Below, piece by piece: positions 9,621 to 19,096 of a DNA stretch of 64,000 bases. The DNA is taken from positions 207,437 through 271,436 of the forward strand of contig JBMNNJ010000001.1 in assembly GCA_050953885.1 (NCBI GenBank). The letters are read 5' to 3'. The notes below the pieces were generated by a model. The model did not search any database and had not been told where the DNA came from. It saw only the letters and a list, made by a program, of their open reading frames with translations. Numbering within the stretch: position 1 is the first letter of the stretch; each line of letters begins with the position of its first letter. The position numbers were made by a program, and so were the translations under genes. The stretch is from Patescibacteria group bacterium. Its GTDB lineage: Bacteria > Patescibacteriota > Microgenomatia > 0-14-0-10-38-17.

Positions 9621-9972
9621 CGCGAATGAGAAACGAATGGACACGAATGAGCGAATAACATTATTCTGCTGTAAGCGTCATCCTGATGAAAATCAGGATC
9701 GGTTTTAAAGCTTAACGCTTGAAACGCTTGAGGCTTGAATCGCTTGAATCGTTTAATGTTTTTACGTTTCAAACGTCTCATACATTTCAAGCATTTCACG
9801 CATGATTCTGAATCAAGTTCAGAATGACGCTAATCGTGGATGTCATCCTGACGAATCCACCAGCCGACGGATTAAAGTTAAAAGTTTTTTTTGTTCTACT
9901 TTTGAATTTTAACTTGTAATTTTGACTTTTAACTTTTGACTTTTAACTTTTTCTGTCCGCCCGCTGGCGGAT
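9610..9972. repeat. Composite intergenic repeat block (families C, A, E, F, B)
   Basis: C arm, gtcatcctgatgaaaatcaggatc, reverse E element, gattctgaatcaagttcagaatgac, tccgcc..ggcgga palindromes, heptamer ttttaac/ttttgac run. Confidence 0.85.
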
Positions 9973-10023
9973 GGCGCTTGTTTATTGCTTTTTACCAGTT
10001 ACTAATTTTAAACTCTATCTTTT

Positions 10024-11103
10024 ATGTCTAATCGTATCATCTTCACCGGCACTCACTTTACTCCTGCCTTGGCGGTTATTGAGGAGATTAAAAAAAAGGA
10101 GCCATGGGAAATTTATTATTTAGGCCGAAAATACACTTTAGAAGGAGAAAAAATTCCCTCGCCGGAATCGCAAATTCTTCCCAAAATGGGAGTTAAATTT
10201 ATCCCCATTCCCGCCGGCCGTTTACAACGCCGCTTTACCCGCTGGACTATTCCCTCGCTTTTACGCGTTCCCTTTGGTCTTTTTAAAGCTTTAAAAGTTA
10301 TCCTTGAAATAAAGCCCAAGGTAATTGTTTCCTTTGGCGGCTATGTGGGGGTGCCTGTTGTTATTGCCGGTTTTTTGCGGCGCGTTCCCATTTTAATCCA
10401 TGAGCAAACCGCTACTGTAGGATTGGCAAATAAAATTAGCGCCCGCTTTGCCCAAAAAATTGCCATTTCTTTTCCGGAAAGCAAAACTTTTTTTCCTGAA
10501 GGAAAAGTTGTCTTCACCGGCAATCCTTTAAGGCCAGAAATTTTTAAAAGCGGCAAGCCGCTTTTCCCCTTAAACGAAAAGAAAAAAACTATTTATATCA
10601 CCGGCGGCAGCCAGGGCGCCAGTATTATAAATGAAACAGTAGAAAGGTGTTTGCTTGACCTTGTAATACAATATAATGTAGTCCACCAGTGCGGCGCTAA
10701 AGACTATCCTCATTTTAAAGAAAAAAAGGCGAAAGATTATTTTCCTGTTGATTACGTGGATAATAATTCCATTGGCTGGGTTTTTGAAAAAGCGGATTTG
10801 GTTGTCTCCCGCGGCGGGGCAAATACTATTCTTGAATTAGCAGCTCTTGGCAAACCGGCGATTATTATTCCCATCCCTTGGGCAACGCATAATGAACAAC
10901 TTAAAAACGCTGAATTTTTGGCAAAAAGCGGCGTGGCAGAAATTTTGCCCCAAGAAAAACTTAATCCTCAAAACTTAAAAGACTTAATTGAAAAAATGAT
11001 GGCCAATTTATCCTCTTATCAAAAAGCGGGGGAAAAATTAAAAAAAACTATTCCCCGCAACGGCGCCCAAAAAATCGTTGCCGAAATTTATAAACTTTTA
11101 TGA
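10024..11103 (+). CDS. murG: Lipid II GlcNAc transferase
   Basis: GGYV, IHEQ, TGNPLR, GGSQGA, SRGGANT, EQ-KNA. Confidence 0.95.
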   Translation: MSNRIIFTGTHFTPALAVIEEIKKKEPWEIYYLGRKYTLEGEKIPSPESQILPKMGVKFIPIPAGRLQRRFTRWTIPSLLRVPFGLFKALKVILEIKPKVIVSFGGYVGVPVVIAGFLRRVPILIHEQTATVGLANKISARFAQKIAISFPESKTFFPEGKVVFTGNPLRPEIFKSGKPLFPLNEKKKTIYITGGSQGASIINETVERCLLDLVIQYNVVHQCGAKDYPHFKEKKAKDYFPVDYVDNNSIGWVFEKADLVVSRGGANTILELAALGKPAIIIPIPWATHNEQLKNAEFLAKSGVAEILPQEKLNPQNLKDLIEKMMANLSSYQKAGEKLKKTIPRNGAQKIVAEIYKLL

Positions 11104-11501
11104 AAACTCCCCGGTTGAACCTTAAAGAAAAAGAGAGAGCAAAAAAAAGGCTTCTTTTTTTAATCATCATCACCAGCATTTTTTGGATTTACTTTCTCTC
11201 CCAATCGGCAAAAGCCTTTTATACCCAAAAAGAAACCCTCTCTTCTCCTGTTATCGCTATTGAGGAGGAAATAGCCAAAGAGCTTGAAAAAAAAGGAATT
11301 AAAGCAAAGATTACCGAAATTAAATCAGATATGATAATATTAAAATTAGCAAACGGCAATACGGAGGTAATTTTGGGCAAAGATAAAAGTATTACCGATC
11401 AAATTAGGGCTTTGCAATTAATCCTTAATGATAATAAAATGGGAGAAGGAGAGGCAAAAAAAATCGATTTGCGTTTCAAAAATCCGGTGATTACTTTTTA
11501 A
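11100..11501 (+). CDS. ftsQ: Truncated FtsQ/DivIB-like protein
   Basis: Single N-terminal TM, C-terminal IDLRF-NPV motif, position between murG and ftsA. Confidence 0.6.
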   Translation: MKTPRLNLKEKERAKKRLLFLIIITSIFWIYFLSQSAKAFYTQKETLSSPVIAIEEEIAKELEKKGIKAKITEIKSDMIILKLANGNTEVILGKDKSITDQIRALQLILNDNKMGEGEAKKIDLRFKNPVITF

Positions 11502-11503
11502 AA

Positions 11504-12760
11504 ATGACCAGAAGTAAAACTTTAGCCGCCCTAGACATCGGCTCAACAAAGATTGCCGCCATTATCGCTCAAACTAATGAAGAAGGAATTTTGAGCGTTA
11601 TCGGCTCCGCTTCCCTTCCTTCCCGCGGTATAAAACGAGGCCAAATTGTTAATATTGAAGAGGCCACGGAGGCAATTATTGCCGCGGTTGAAGCCGCCGA
11701 AAGAATGGCCGGGCTGAACGTTAACCATCTTTGGGTTTCCGGCGGCGGCCCGCAAATTGTTTCCCAAAACTCGCGAGGGGTGGTGGCAGTTGGCAATCCG
11801 GGGGGAGAAATTGACGAAGAGGATATCCGTCGGGTTTTGGAATCGGCGCAGGCAATTTCTCTACCCGCGTCGCGCGAGATTATCCACGTTATTCCCCGCC
11901 AGTTTACCGTTGATTCCCAAGAAGGAATTGCCGATCCCAGCGGCATGAGCGGCATTCGGTTAGAGGTGGAAACCCACATTATCAGTGCCTCCTCAACGGC
12001 ATTACGAAATTTACGAAAATGCGTGGATGAATTAGGGGCTCACACCGATGGTATTGTTTTTGATGGTTTGGCGAGCGCCGCGGCGGTGGTTACCCCCACC
12101 GAAAAAGAATTGGGAGTAATTTTAATTGATATTGGGGGAGGGACAACTTCGGTGGTTTTGTATGCCGAGGGCTCGCCAATTTACTCTTCGGTTTTGCCCA
12201 TTGGCGCCCAAAATATCACCAACGACTTGGCAATTGGTTTAAGGCTTTCTTTAGAAGAGGCGGAAAGCCTTAAAGTGGCCTTAGGAAACGATAAAAATAT
12301 TAAAGACGACAAAGAAATTGAGTTAAAATTAGGCAGTCGTCAGCCAAACGAGAAAAAAATCACCAAAAAAATGGTTGTCGAGGAAATTATCCAACCGCGG
12401 CTTGAGGAAATTTTCGGGATGATTAATGAGGAAATCAGACGCAACGATTATCAGAATTTAGCCCCCGCAGGAGTGGTTTTAACTGGCGGAGGAGCCCAAA
12501 CTGTCTCCATTGAAGAAACTTGCCGGCGGATAATGGCCCTACCAGTGCGCCAGGGAGTTCCCTCTGGCCTTACCGGCTTAGTTGATGATATCCTTTCTCC
12601 TGAATTTGCCACCACTATTGGTCTAATTTTTTGGGGCCAACAGCATCAGCCCGAAGAATTTCGCTCAAATTCTGGCCACGGCCGCAAAAAAATGCCCTCT
12701 TTTAACTGGCGGGAACCATTAGAAAAAGTGGTTAACTTTGTTAAATCATTCTTGCCGTAA
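11504..12760 (+). CDS. ftsA: Cell division protein FtsA
   Basis: DIGSTK, DIGGGTT, VLTGGGA. Confidence 0.96.
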   Translation: MTRSKTLAALDIGSTKIAAIIAQTNEEGILSVIGSASLPSRGIKRGQIVNIEEATEAIIAAVEAAERMAGLNVNHLWVSGGGPQIVSQNSRGVVAVGNPGGEIDEEDIRRVLESAQAISLPASREIIHVIPRQFTVDSQEGIADPSGMSGIRLEVETHIISASSTALRNLRKCVDELGAHTDGIVFDGLASAAAVVTPTEKELGVILIDIGGGTTSVVLYAEGSPIYSSVLPIGAQNITNDLAIGLRLSLEEAESLKVALGNDKNIKDDKEIELKLGSRQPNEKKITKKMVVEEIIQPRLEEIFGMINEEIRRNDYQNLAPAGVVLTGGGAQTVSIEETCRRIMALPVRQGVPSGLTGLVDDILSPEFATTIGLIFWGQQHQPEEFRSNSGHGRKKMPSFNWREPLEKVVNFVKSFLP

Positions 12761-12765
12761 AAAGA

Positions 12766-12972
12766 GGCAAAGCACACGAAATAACGCGAATAAAAAACGA
12801 ATGGACGCGAATGAACAAATGGATTAATGCAAAACTCAAAGTGCAAAATGCAAAACCAAGCTCAAAGACCAAAAACAAAAAATAAAAATAGTTTTTGAAC
12901 TTTGATTTAGGTTTTGATTTTTGATATTTGCGCTTTGCGCTTGTTTGTTACCTGTTACGCATTACGAATTAT
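12766..12972. repeat. Composite block: C arm plus inverted pair of heptamer (family B) arms
   Basis: caaaact/caaagtg/caaaatg... then ttttgat/atttgcg/ctttgcg; 12891-12971 is an approximate reverse complement of 25963-26036. Confidence 0.8.
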
Positions 12973-13011
12973 TTTGCCCGCAACAATATAATATTTTAAC
13001 AATTCAACCTT

Positions 13012-14193
13012 ATGGCTCTTGTTAAACCCCAATCTACCCGTTTTGCCCAAATTAAAGTGCTAGGCATTGGCGGCGGCGGCGGCAACTGCCTTAACAATAT
13101 GGTGGAAAACGATCAAATTGAGGGCATCGATTTTATCGCTGTTAACACCGACGCGCAAGCCTTGTTAGTTAATAAAGCCCCAAAAAAGCTCCAAATCGGA
13201 GAAAAATTAACCAAGGGCTTGGGAGCGGGCGGTAATCCGGAAATTGGCCAAAAAGCCGCCGAGGAATCAAAAGAAGAAATTAAGCGCTTGCTTGAAGGAA
13301 CCGATATGGTTTTTTTAACCGGAGGAGAGGGCGGGGGAACCTGCACCGGCGCAAGCCCGATTTTGGCGCAAATTGCCCGGGAAATGGGCATTTTAACGGT
13401 GGCGGTGGTTACCAAACCTTTCAATTTTGAGGGGCGGCGGCGGATGGAAGCCGCCATTAAAGGAATTGAGGAATTAAAAGACAAGGTGGACACGCTGATT
13501 GTTATCCCCAACCAAAAACTGCTTGATAATATTGATGAAAAAGTAACTCTTGTGGACGCCTTCAGGATGGTGGATTCGATTTTAATTTCCGGCGTTACCG
13601 GTATTGCCGATTTAATCACCAAACCGGGCTTAATTAATCTTGATTTTGCTGATGTGCGCGCCGTGATGAAAAACGCCGGCAGCGCCTTAATGGGTATTGG
13701 GCAGGCAAGCGGAGAAAATCGCGCTCTTGAAGCGGCCAAATTGGCCATTGCCTCGCCACTCTTGGAAACCTCCATTGAGGGCGCCCGCGGCATAATCTTT
13801 AATGTTAGCGGCGGCAAGAATATGACTATGCGCGAGATAGAACAAGCCGCCGAGATGATTAGTTCCCAAGCCGACCCGGATGCCAATATTATTTTTGGCG
13901 CTTCTTTAAACGAAAACCTTAATAACGAAATTAAAATTACCCTCATCGCCGCTGGTTTTGACGAAAAGCGAAGCCGCTTAGCCCAGATGGCTAAATTCCA
14001 AATCCCCACCGGCATCGTCAGCGAGATTCCTGAAGAAAAGCAAGAAAGACAAGGAGAAAAACCCTTGCCTTTTATCAATCAAAAAGAGGAAAGTGATTTT
14101 GAAGAAAAGGAAGAAACGCCGATTGAAGATTTGGGAGAAGAATATGAAGTGCCCGCCTTCTTAAGGCAGGGCAAAAAAAAGCTTCTTAATTAA
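13012..14193 (+). CDS. ftsZ: Cell division GTPase FtsZ
   Basis: GGGGGN, NTDAQAL, GLGAGGNPE, INLDFADV, C-terminal VPAFLR. Confidence 0.98.
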   Translation: MALVKPQSTRFAQIKVLGIGGGGGNCLNNMVENDQIEGIDFIAVNTDAQALLVNKAPKKLQIGEKLTKGLGAGGNPEIGQKAAEESKEEIKRLLEGTDMVFLTGGEGGGTCTGASPILAQIAREMGILTVAVVTKPFNFEGRRRMEAAIKGIEELKDKVDTLIVIPNQKLLDNIDEKVTLVDAFRMVDSILISGVTGIADLITKPGLINLDFADVRAVMKNAGSALMGIGQASGENRALEAAKLAIASPLLETSIEGARGIIFNVSGGKNMTMREIEQAAEMISSQADPDANIIFGASLNENLNNEIKITLIAAGFDEKRSRLAQMAKFQIPTGIVSEIPEEKQERQGEKPLPFINQKEESDFEEKEETPIEDLGEEYEVPAFLRQGKKKLLN

Positions 14194-16696
14194 GCAAAAT
14201 TTTGCTGTTTATCCCCAAGAAATAGCCGCGGCCCAGCCTGATTAATTCTCCTAAATCCCGGGGCAGGCTTGAAGGCAAACTTTCTTCCGCCAAAGTTAAA
14301 CGTTGGGCGGCAGAAATAACAAAAGGATTATTAGGCGAGGGAGAAAGTTGCTCTAATTCTTCAAGAAGAGCTTTGGTTTCCTGATAGGCCAAAGCGGCTT
14401 TTCCCTCCGAGTAAATTTCTTCTTCATTTTCTGCCGCCGCCTCAAGATAAACAATCAGCTGATCAAGTTTTTTATTCATTTGATTTAGATCGTCGGGACT
14501 CGTCCCTTTTTCTTTTGCTTCTAAGGCGACCAAATTTTTTATTCGATAAGCATATTTTAAAGCCTCAACCGGGGAAATTTTCATTAAGGCTGTCAAATGC
14601 TCTAATTTTTCTGTCAAAAGAGAAGAAGAGGAGAAACCGGTTTTTAACTGACTAAGCATTTCCTGATCTTGCCGCTTTTCGCCACTGCTTTCCTTAGATT
14701 TAAGGCTAATTTTATCGGTGGCCTCAATTAAAAACTTATCTTCCTCGCCTAATTTAATTTCACCATGATATTCCCGCCAACTGGTCTCTTCACCCCGAGC
14801 CAAACCAACCCCCAAAACATATTCACCATCATCTACCCCTTTAACAACGACCTCTTTTTGCCAGTTGCTTGGCGGATTAGCAATAATAATTAGCTTTGGT
14901 TTATCTTGCTCCTCCTGACCAATAAAAATATTTTCGCTAAGAATACCCATAAGATTAATATCCAAATAAGCAGGAGAAAGGAGATAAAAAGCAAGATAGT
15001 CGGTGGCATTTCTCTCAAACAAAACATCACCATTAACGGCCGGAGGGGGAAGATTTAAAAAAGAAAAAATTTTCCCTAACGCTTCATTTTTACTAATAAT
15101 TTCGCCATGGTCAAAATTAAAGCCAGCAACATTGCCGGAAGAGTTCTCAAAAGGACGCGCGCTTTGTACTAAAACCGTCCCGTCTCCTCCAAACGAATAC
15201 TTTTTCTCAATAGGTTTTCCATGGGACCATTTTCCTAAAATTTGATCATACCAAGACCTCTCTTTAATTTTTACTCCCGATAAGGTATCTTTACCCTCAC
15301 CGTAAATTAGCTTTAAACTCTCCCCTAAATTTTCTGGCGGCGATAATTGGTTTAACAACGTGTTCTGTGGGTAAGCGGGGGAGGCAAAAGAGTAGGAAAG
15401 TGGTTCGTTCTCGTCTCCGGCGTAAAGATAGGAAAAAGTCGGCAGCATTTCTTCTGTTGAAGGAGCAAGACGCTGAACCGTTTGGTATAAGCTCTCTCCC
15501 TCCTGACGGGCAAGATGAAGAACTAAAGAAAAAGCAAATTTGGAAAGTCCCGGCCGCCAAACTTCCCCGCCTTCCCAAGCCCCATAGGTGTCAACCACCC
15601 CCTTGTGGGGCGTGCCTACGGTTATAAGCTGGTCAATGGGGCAACCGGATACTTGCTGAAGGCAAGTTCGCGCCACTAATCCTCCCATTGAATGGGCAAT
15701 CACATCCGCTTTTTGGCCTTCTTCCAGCTTCTCATTTAAAAAATCGGCTAATTTTTCGGCTGAACCCTTATTACCATCTTCCGATCTAATTTTTTCCAAC
15801 CAATTATAATTAAAAACAAAAAGATCCCTGCCTTCTTCGTAACCGGCATTTTCAAGCGCCGTAATTAAAGGGTTGTAAATCTTCACTCCCGGCATCATAT
15901 GCCAAGGAAAAGGGGATTCTTCCAAATGCGCAGGGGTATAAATATCCGGATAGCGAATTTTCAAAAACATCTCTCCAAAATTTATCGACGCCCCATGGCC
16001 GGGGACAATAACGACAGGATCTTTAATTTTAGTTACCTTGATATTGTCAAAATAGACTTCAGTAGGAGCAACAGCCCCGGTGCCAACACCTAACGCTATT
16101 CTTCCTCTTAAAAACGCATCATTTACGTTTGTATCCACAAAATCAATAAGCAAATTATTATTCTCATATATCTTAAAAATATTCTTATATGCCACAATTT
16201 TAAAATGATAAACTCCGTTACTTGGAGGCGACAAATTTTTGCCAGGAGTTAAGGGAATATAGTGGTCAGAAAAAAATTTAGCTAGATAAACAGTGTTAAA
16301 TGAAACATGTATACCATAACCTTGGGGCCAATTAAAAACATGCCCATTGCCATCGTCATAAGCAGATCTTTCGTCTCTCACCCTAAAAAAGAAATTAATA
16401 TCTTGGCCGGATTTCCTAATCAAATCAAATTCAAACTCATAATCATCCCATAAAAAATCTCCAGCTTGCACTTCTGTATAAGAAAAGTTATCGTTAACTT
16501 TACTACCAAAATAATGATTACCGTTATCCCCTTGTACAACACTCCACAAATAATCTCTCTTTTTATTTATAACAGTCCAACCTTCAAAAGAGCCATTTTC
16601 AAAATCATAATAAAAATTACTAGTCGCAAAAAGAGGTGTAGGAATAAGGAAGAAAAAAGCAAGAAAAAAGAAAAGCCATTTTACTTTTCGCCTCAT
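14186..16696 (-). CDS. Secreted protein: N-terminal beta-sandwich (DUF1080/LamG-like) plus alpha/beta-hydrolase (lipase/acyltransferase-like)
   Basis: Signal peptide; PVVIVPG, AHSMGG nucleophile elbow, GTPH-G, GDGTV, catalytic-type His (DHGE). Confidence 0.75.
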   Translation of the reverse strand: MRRKVKWLFFFLAFFFLIPTPLFATSNFYYDFENGSFEGWTVINKKRDYLWSVVQGDNGNHYFGSKVNDNFSYTEVQAGDFLWDDYEFEFDLIRKSGQDINFFFRVRDERSAYDDGNGHVFNWPQGYGIHVSFNTVYLAKFFSDHYIPLTPGKNLSPPSNGVYHFKIVAYKNIFKIYENNNLLIDFVDTNVNDAFLRGRIALGVGTGAVAPTEVYFDNIKVTKIKDPVVIVPGHGASINFGEMFLKIRYPDIYTPAHLEESPFPWHMMPGVKIYNPLITALENAGYEEGRDLFVFNYNWLEKIRSEDGNKGSAEKLADFLNEKLEEGQKADVIAHSMGGLVARTCLQQVSGCPIDQLITVGTPHKGVVDTYGAWEGGEVWRPGLSKFAFSLVLHLARQEGESLYQTVQRLAPSTEEMLPTFSYLYAGDENEPLSYSFASPAYPQNTLLNQLSPPENLGESLKLIYGEGKDTLSGVKIKERSWYDQILGKWSHGKPIEKKYSFGGDGTVLVQSARPFENSSGNVAGFNFDHGEIISKNEALGKIFSFLNLPPPAVNGDVLFERNATDYLAFYLLSPAYLDINLMGILSENIFIGQEEQDKPKLIIIANPPSNWQKEVVVKGVDDGEYVLGVGLARGEETSWREYHGEIKLGEEDKFLIEATDKISLKSKESSGEKRQDQEMLSQLKTGFSSSSLLTEKLEHLTALMKISPVEALKYAYRIKNLVALEAKEKGTSPDDLNQMNKKLDQLIVYLEAAAENEEEIYSEGKAALAYQETKALLEELEQLSPSPNNPFVISAAQRLTLAEESLPSSLPRDLGELIRLGRGYFLGINSKILLN

Positions 16697-16719
16697 ATTA
16701 AAAACAGAGCATTATTACA

Positions 16720-17532
16720 ATGTTAAAATACTATCATAATAAACATTACAACAACAAGTATATCAATAGAAACATGAAAGAAATCAAAAATACCGCTAAA
16801 AATTGGGCTACTATATGGGACAAAAAAAATAACCTCCCAATCGTTCACAGAGAACTAATAGAAGCTATTACTAAAACAACAGAAACTAAAAATAAAAAAG
16901 TTTTAGAGATAGGAGCTGGTTTAGGTGGGGACTTAGTGTATCTGGCTAAACTAGGAGGAATTTGTACAGCAATAGACATAAGCAAGACTTCTCTTAAAAA
17001 AATTAAGCAATTGGCCAAAAAAAATAACGTTCAGATAAAAGCAGTAAAATGTGATGCCAAAAAATTGATTTTCGATAAAGAAACTTTTGACATTATATTC
17101 CATCAGGGATTTTTGGAACATTTTAAAAATCCTCTTCCGCTACTTAAAGAGCAAAAAAGAGTTTTAAAGAAAGAAGGTATTCTTCTTATTGACGTACCAC
17201 AAAGATATAATGCTTACACTGTTTATAAACGATGGAAGTTATTAAAAAAAGAATGGGAGATACCATGGGAGACAGAATATACAAAAAAACACTTACTCAA
17301 AATGCTAGAAGATGCTGAATTAAAGCCAAAGCTAATTTATTATAGAAGTATATTCCCCCCCGGTATTAAAAAAATAATGAAAGGAGAAGTTCCTAAAAGG
17401 CTTCAATCAAAAAAAATAGTCAATAACAGACTATCACGTAAAATAATATTATATTTTGGGAAAATTATAAAAAAAAATGAACATTGCCCCTTTTTTTATC
17501 AATGTATTGGGGTTGTCGCCCAAAAGAAATAA
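16720..17532 (+). CDS. Class I SAM-dependent methyltransferase (start may be 16774)
   Basis: VLEIGAGLG, FD-I, LEH, RVLKKEG; very AT-rich. Confidence 0.85.
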   Translation: MLKYYHNKHYNNKYINRNMKEIKNTAKNWATIWDKKNNLPIVHRELIEAITKTTETKNKKVLEIGAGLGGDLVYLAKLGGICTAIDISKTSLKKIKQLAKKNNVQIKAVKCDAKKLIFDKETFDIIFHQGFLEHFKNPLPLLKEQKRVLKKEGILLIDVPQRYNAYTVYKRWKLLKKEWEIPWETEYTKKHLLKMLEDAELKPKLIYYRSIFPPGIKKIMKGEVPKRLQSKKIVNNRLSRKIILYFGKIIKKNEHCPFFYQCIGVVAQKK

Positions 17533-17555
17533 AGAAAGCGATTAAAAAGATTCTG

Positions 17556-17609
17556 TCCGCCAACTGGCGGATTCGTCAGAACCTGTCCTGAATTTAATTC
17601 AGGAATGAC
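17556..17609. repeat. Family F plus family A palindromes
   Basis: tccgccaactggcgga-ttcgtcag-aacctgtcctgaatttaattcagg-aatgac. Confidence 0.8.
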
Positions 17610-17637
17610 GGCCAACTAAAAATTTTTACTTAAAGAA

Positions 17638-18741
17638 ATGACCATTGGCCTTGACGCTCGTTTTGCCCAAGGAAAACTTACCGGCGTGGGAAAATATATC
17701 CAAGCCTTGGCCTTGGGCTTGGCGGCGTGGCATTTTAAAGTGATTCTTTTTTACTCGCAAAAGCCCCAATCAGTCCTAAGAAGGAAGGGGATCAAAACTA
17801 TTATTCTCCCCGGTAATAAATATCTCTGGGAACAAATTTATCTGCCCCGGGCCTTAAAAAGGGAAAAAGTGGATCTTTATCATGCCACCGGCAACTTTGG
17901 TGTTCCTCTTTTTTCAAACATTCCCGCCGTTTTAACCGTCCACGATCTTATCCCCCTCCTGCAAAAAGATTATTTCAACCACGCAAAAATTCCCGTCTTT
18001 TCCCAAAAACTTTATTACTGGCGCGCTAAAACCTCAATTATGAAGGCCCAAAAAATTATCACCGACACTTACTGGACAAAAAAGACGATCGTTGATTTTT
18101 TTAAAACCCCACCTCAAAAAATTAGCGTTATCTACTTAGATTCTTCTTATCCCGAAGAAATTGACGAAAAGGCTTATCTTCAGTTTGATCTTGAAAGAAA
18201 AAAATATCTTATCAACAATGGCGGCCTTGACCGGCGCAAGAATTTGCCCAACCTTATCGGCGCTTTTGCCTTAGCCGAAAGAAAAATGCCTTGGCTAAAA
18301 TTAGTCATCACGGGAGAAAACCCGCAACTACTTCCTTTATTAAAAAAAGAAGTGGAAGAAAAAAAATTAACCCAAAAAGTTATTTTCACCGGCTTTTTGG
18401 AAGAAAAAGCTCTTTGGGGACTTTTAAAAAATGCCTTTTGCCTTTGTTATCCCACCCTTGCGGAGGGCTTTGGTCTTCCTTTAATTGAAGCTTTCCGCGC
18501 CAACACACCGGTTATTACCAGCAACCTTCCGGTTTTAAAAGAAGTCGGGGGCAAGGCTTGCCTTTTTGTTAACCCCTATCAACCCCAAGCCATCGCCCAA
18601 ACAATTATCAGCCTGCAAAACAAAACCCTTCGGCAAAAACTAATCATTTCCGGCCAAAAACAAGCCCAAAAATTTTCTTGGGAGAAAACAATTGAAGAAA
18701 ACATTAAAATCTACAAAAAGATAATAAAAAATACTACTTAA
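17638..18741 (+). CDS. Glycosyltransferase family 4 (GT-B)
   Basis: TGVGKY, TVHDL, RKNL, EGFGLPLIEA, FSWEK. Confidence 0.92.
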   Translation: MTIGLDARFAQGKLTGVGKYIQALALGLAAWHFKVILFYSQKPQSVLRRKGIKTIILPGNKYLWEQIYLPRALKREKVDLYHATGNFGVPLFSNIPAVLTVHDLIPLLQKDYFNHAKIPVFSQKLYYWRAKTSIMKAQKIITDTYWTKKTIVDFFKTPPQKISVIYLDSSYPEEIDEKAYLQFDLERKKYLINNGGLDRRKNLPNLIGAFALAERKMPWLKLVITGENPQLLPLLKKEVEEKKLTQKVIFTGFLEEKALWGLLKNAFCLCYPTLAEGFGLPLIEAFRANTPVITSNLPVLKEVGGKACLFVNPYQPQAIAQTIISLQNKTLRQKLIISGQKQAQKFSWEKTIEENIKIYKKIIKNTT

Positions 18742-18890
18742 AAAGGCAAAAATGATAATAGAAGGAAATATAAACGAAACATAAAAAAGTAACCAAATCC
18801 AAAATAATTAATAAAAGAAAATTATCGCTAAAAAAAGCCCGAAATAATTAATAAGATAATTGATAAAAATTTAGAAAATTTTGTTCTGGC

Positions 18891-18944
18891 AATATGACAA
18901 ATTTTTAAGCGATCGCTTAAAAATTTGTCACACCCTATAATATA
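18891..18944. repeat. 54-bp direct repeat, copy 1, containing a perfect 36-bp palindrome (18895-18930)
   Basis: TGACAAATTTTTAAGCGATCGCTTAAAAATTTGTCA; identical to 19922-19975. Confidence 0.95.
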
Positions 18945-19096
18945 AATAATATAAAAATAGCTTGGATTAATTGAATTAAAATGGTTCAGAATAAATTAGT
19001 CTAAAATGGTTTAAAAATAAAGCGAGATAAAATTAAAATCAAAAAGTAAGCATCGTAAATATCAACAATCTTTTCTAATGTTAATTCTGGATAATT

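Noticed and set aside
13113-14078. 321-aa antisense ORF
   Set aside because: Shadow of ftsZ on the opposite strand with no motifs.
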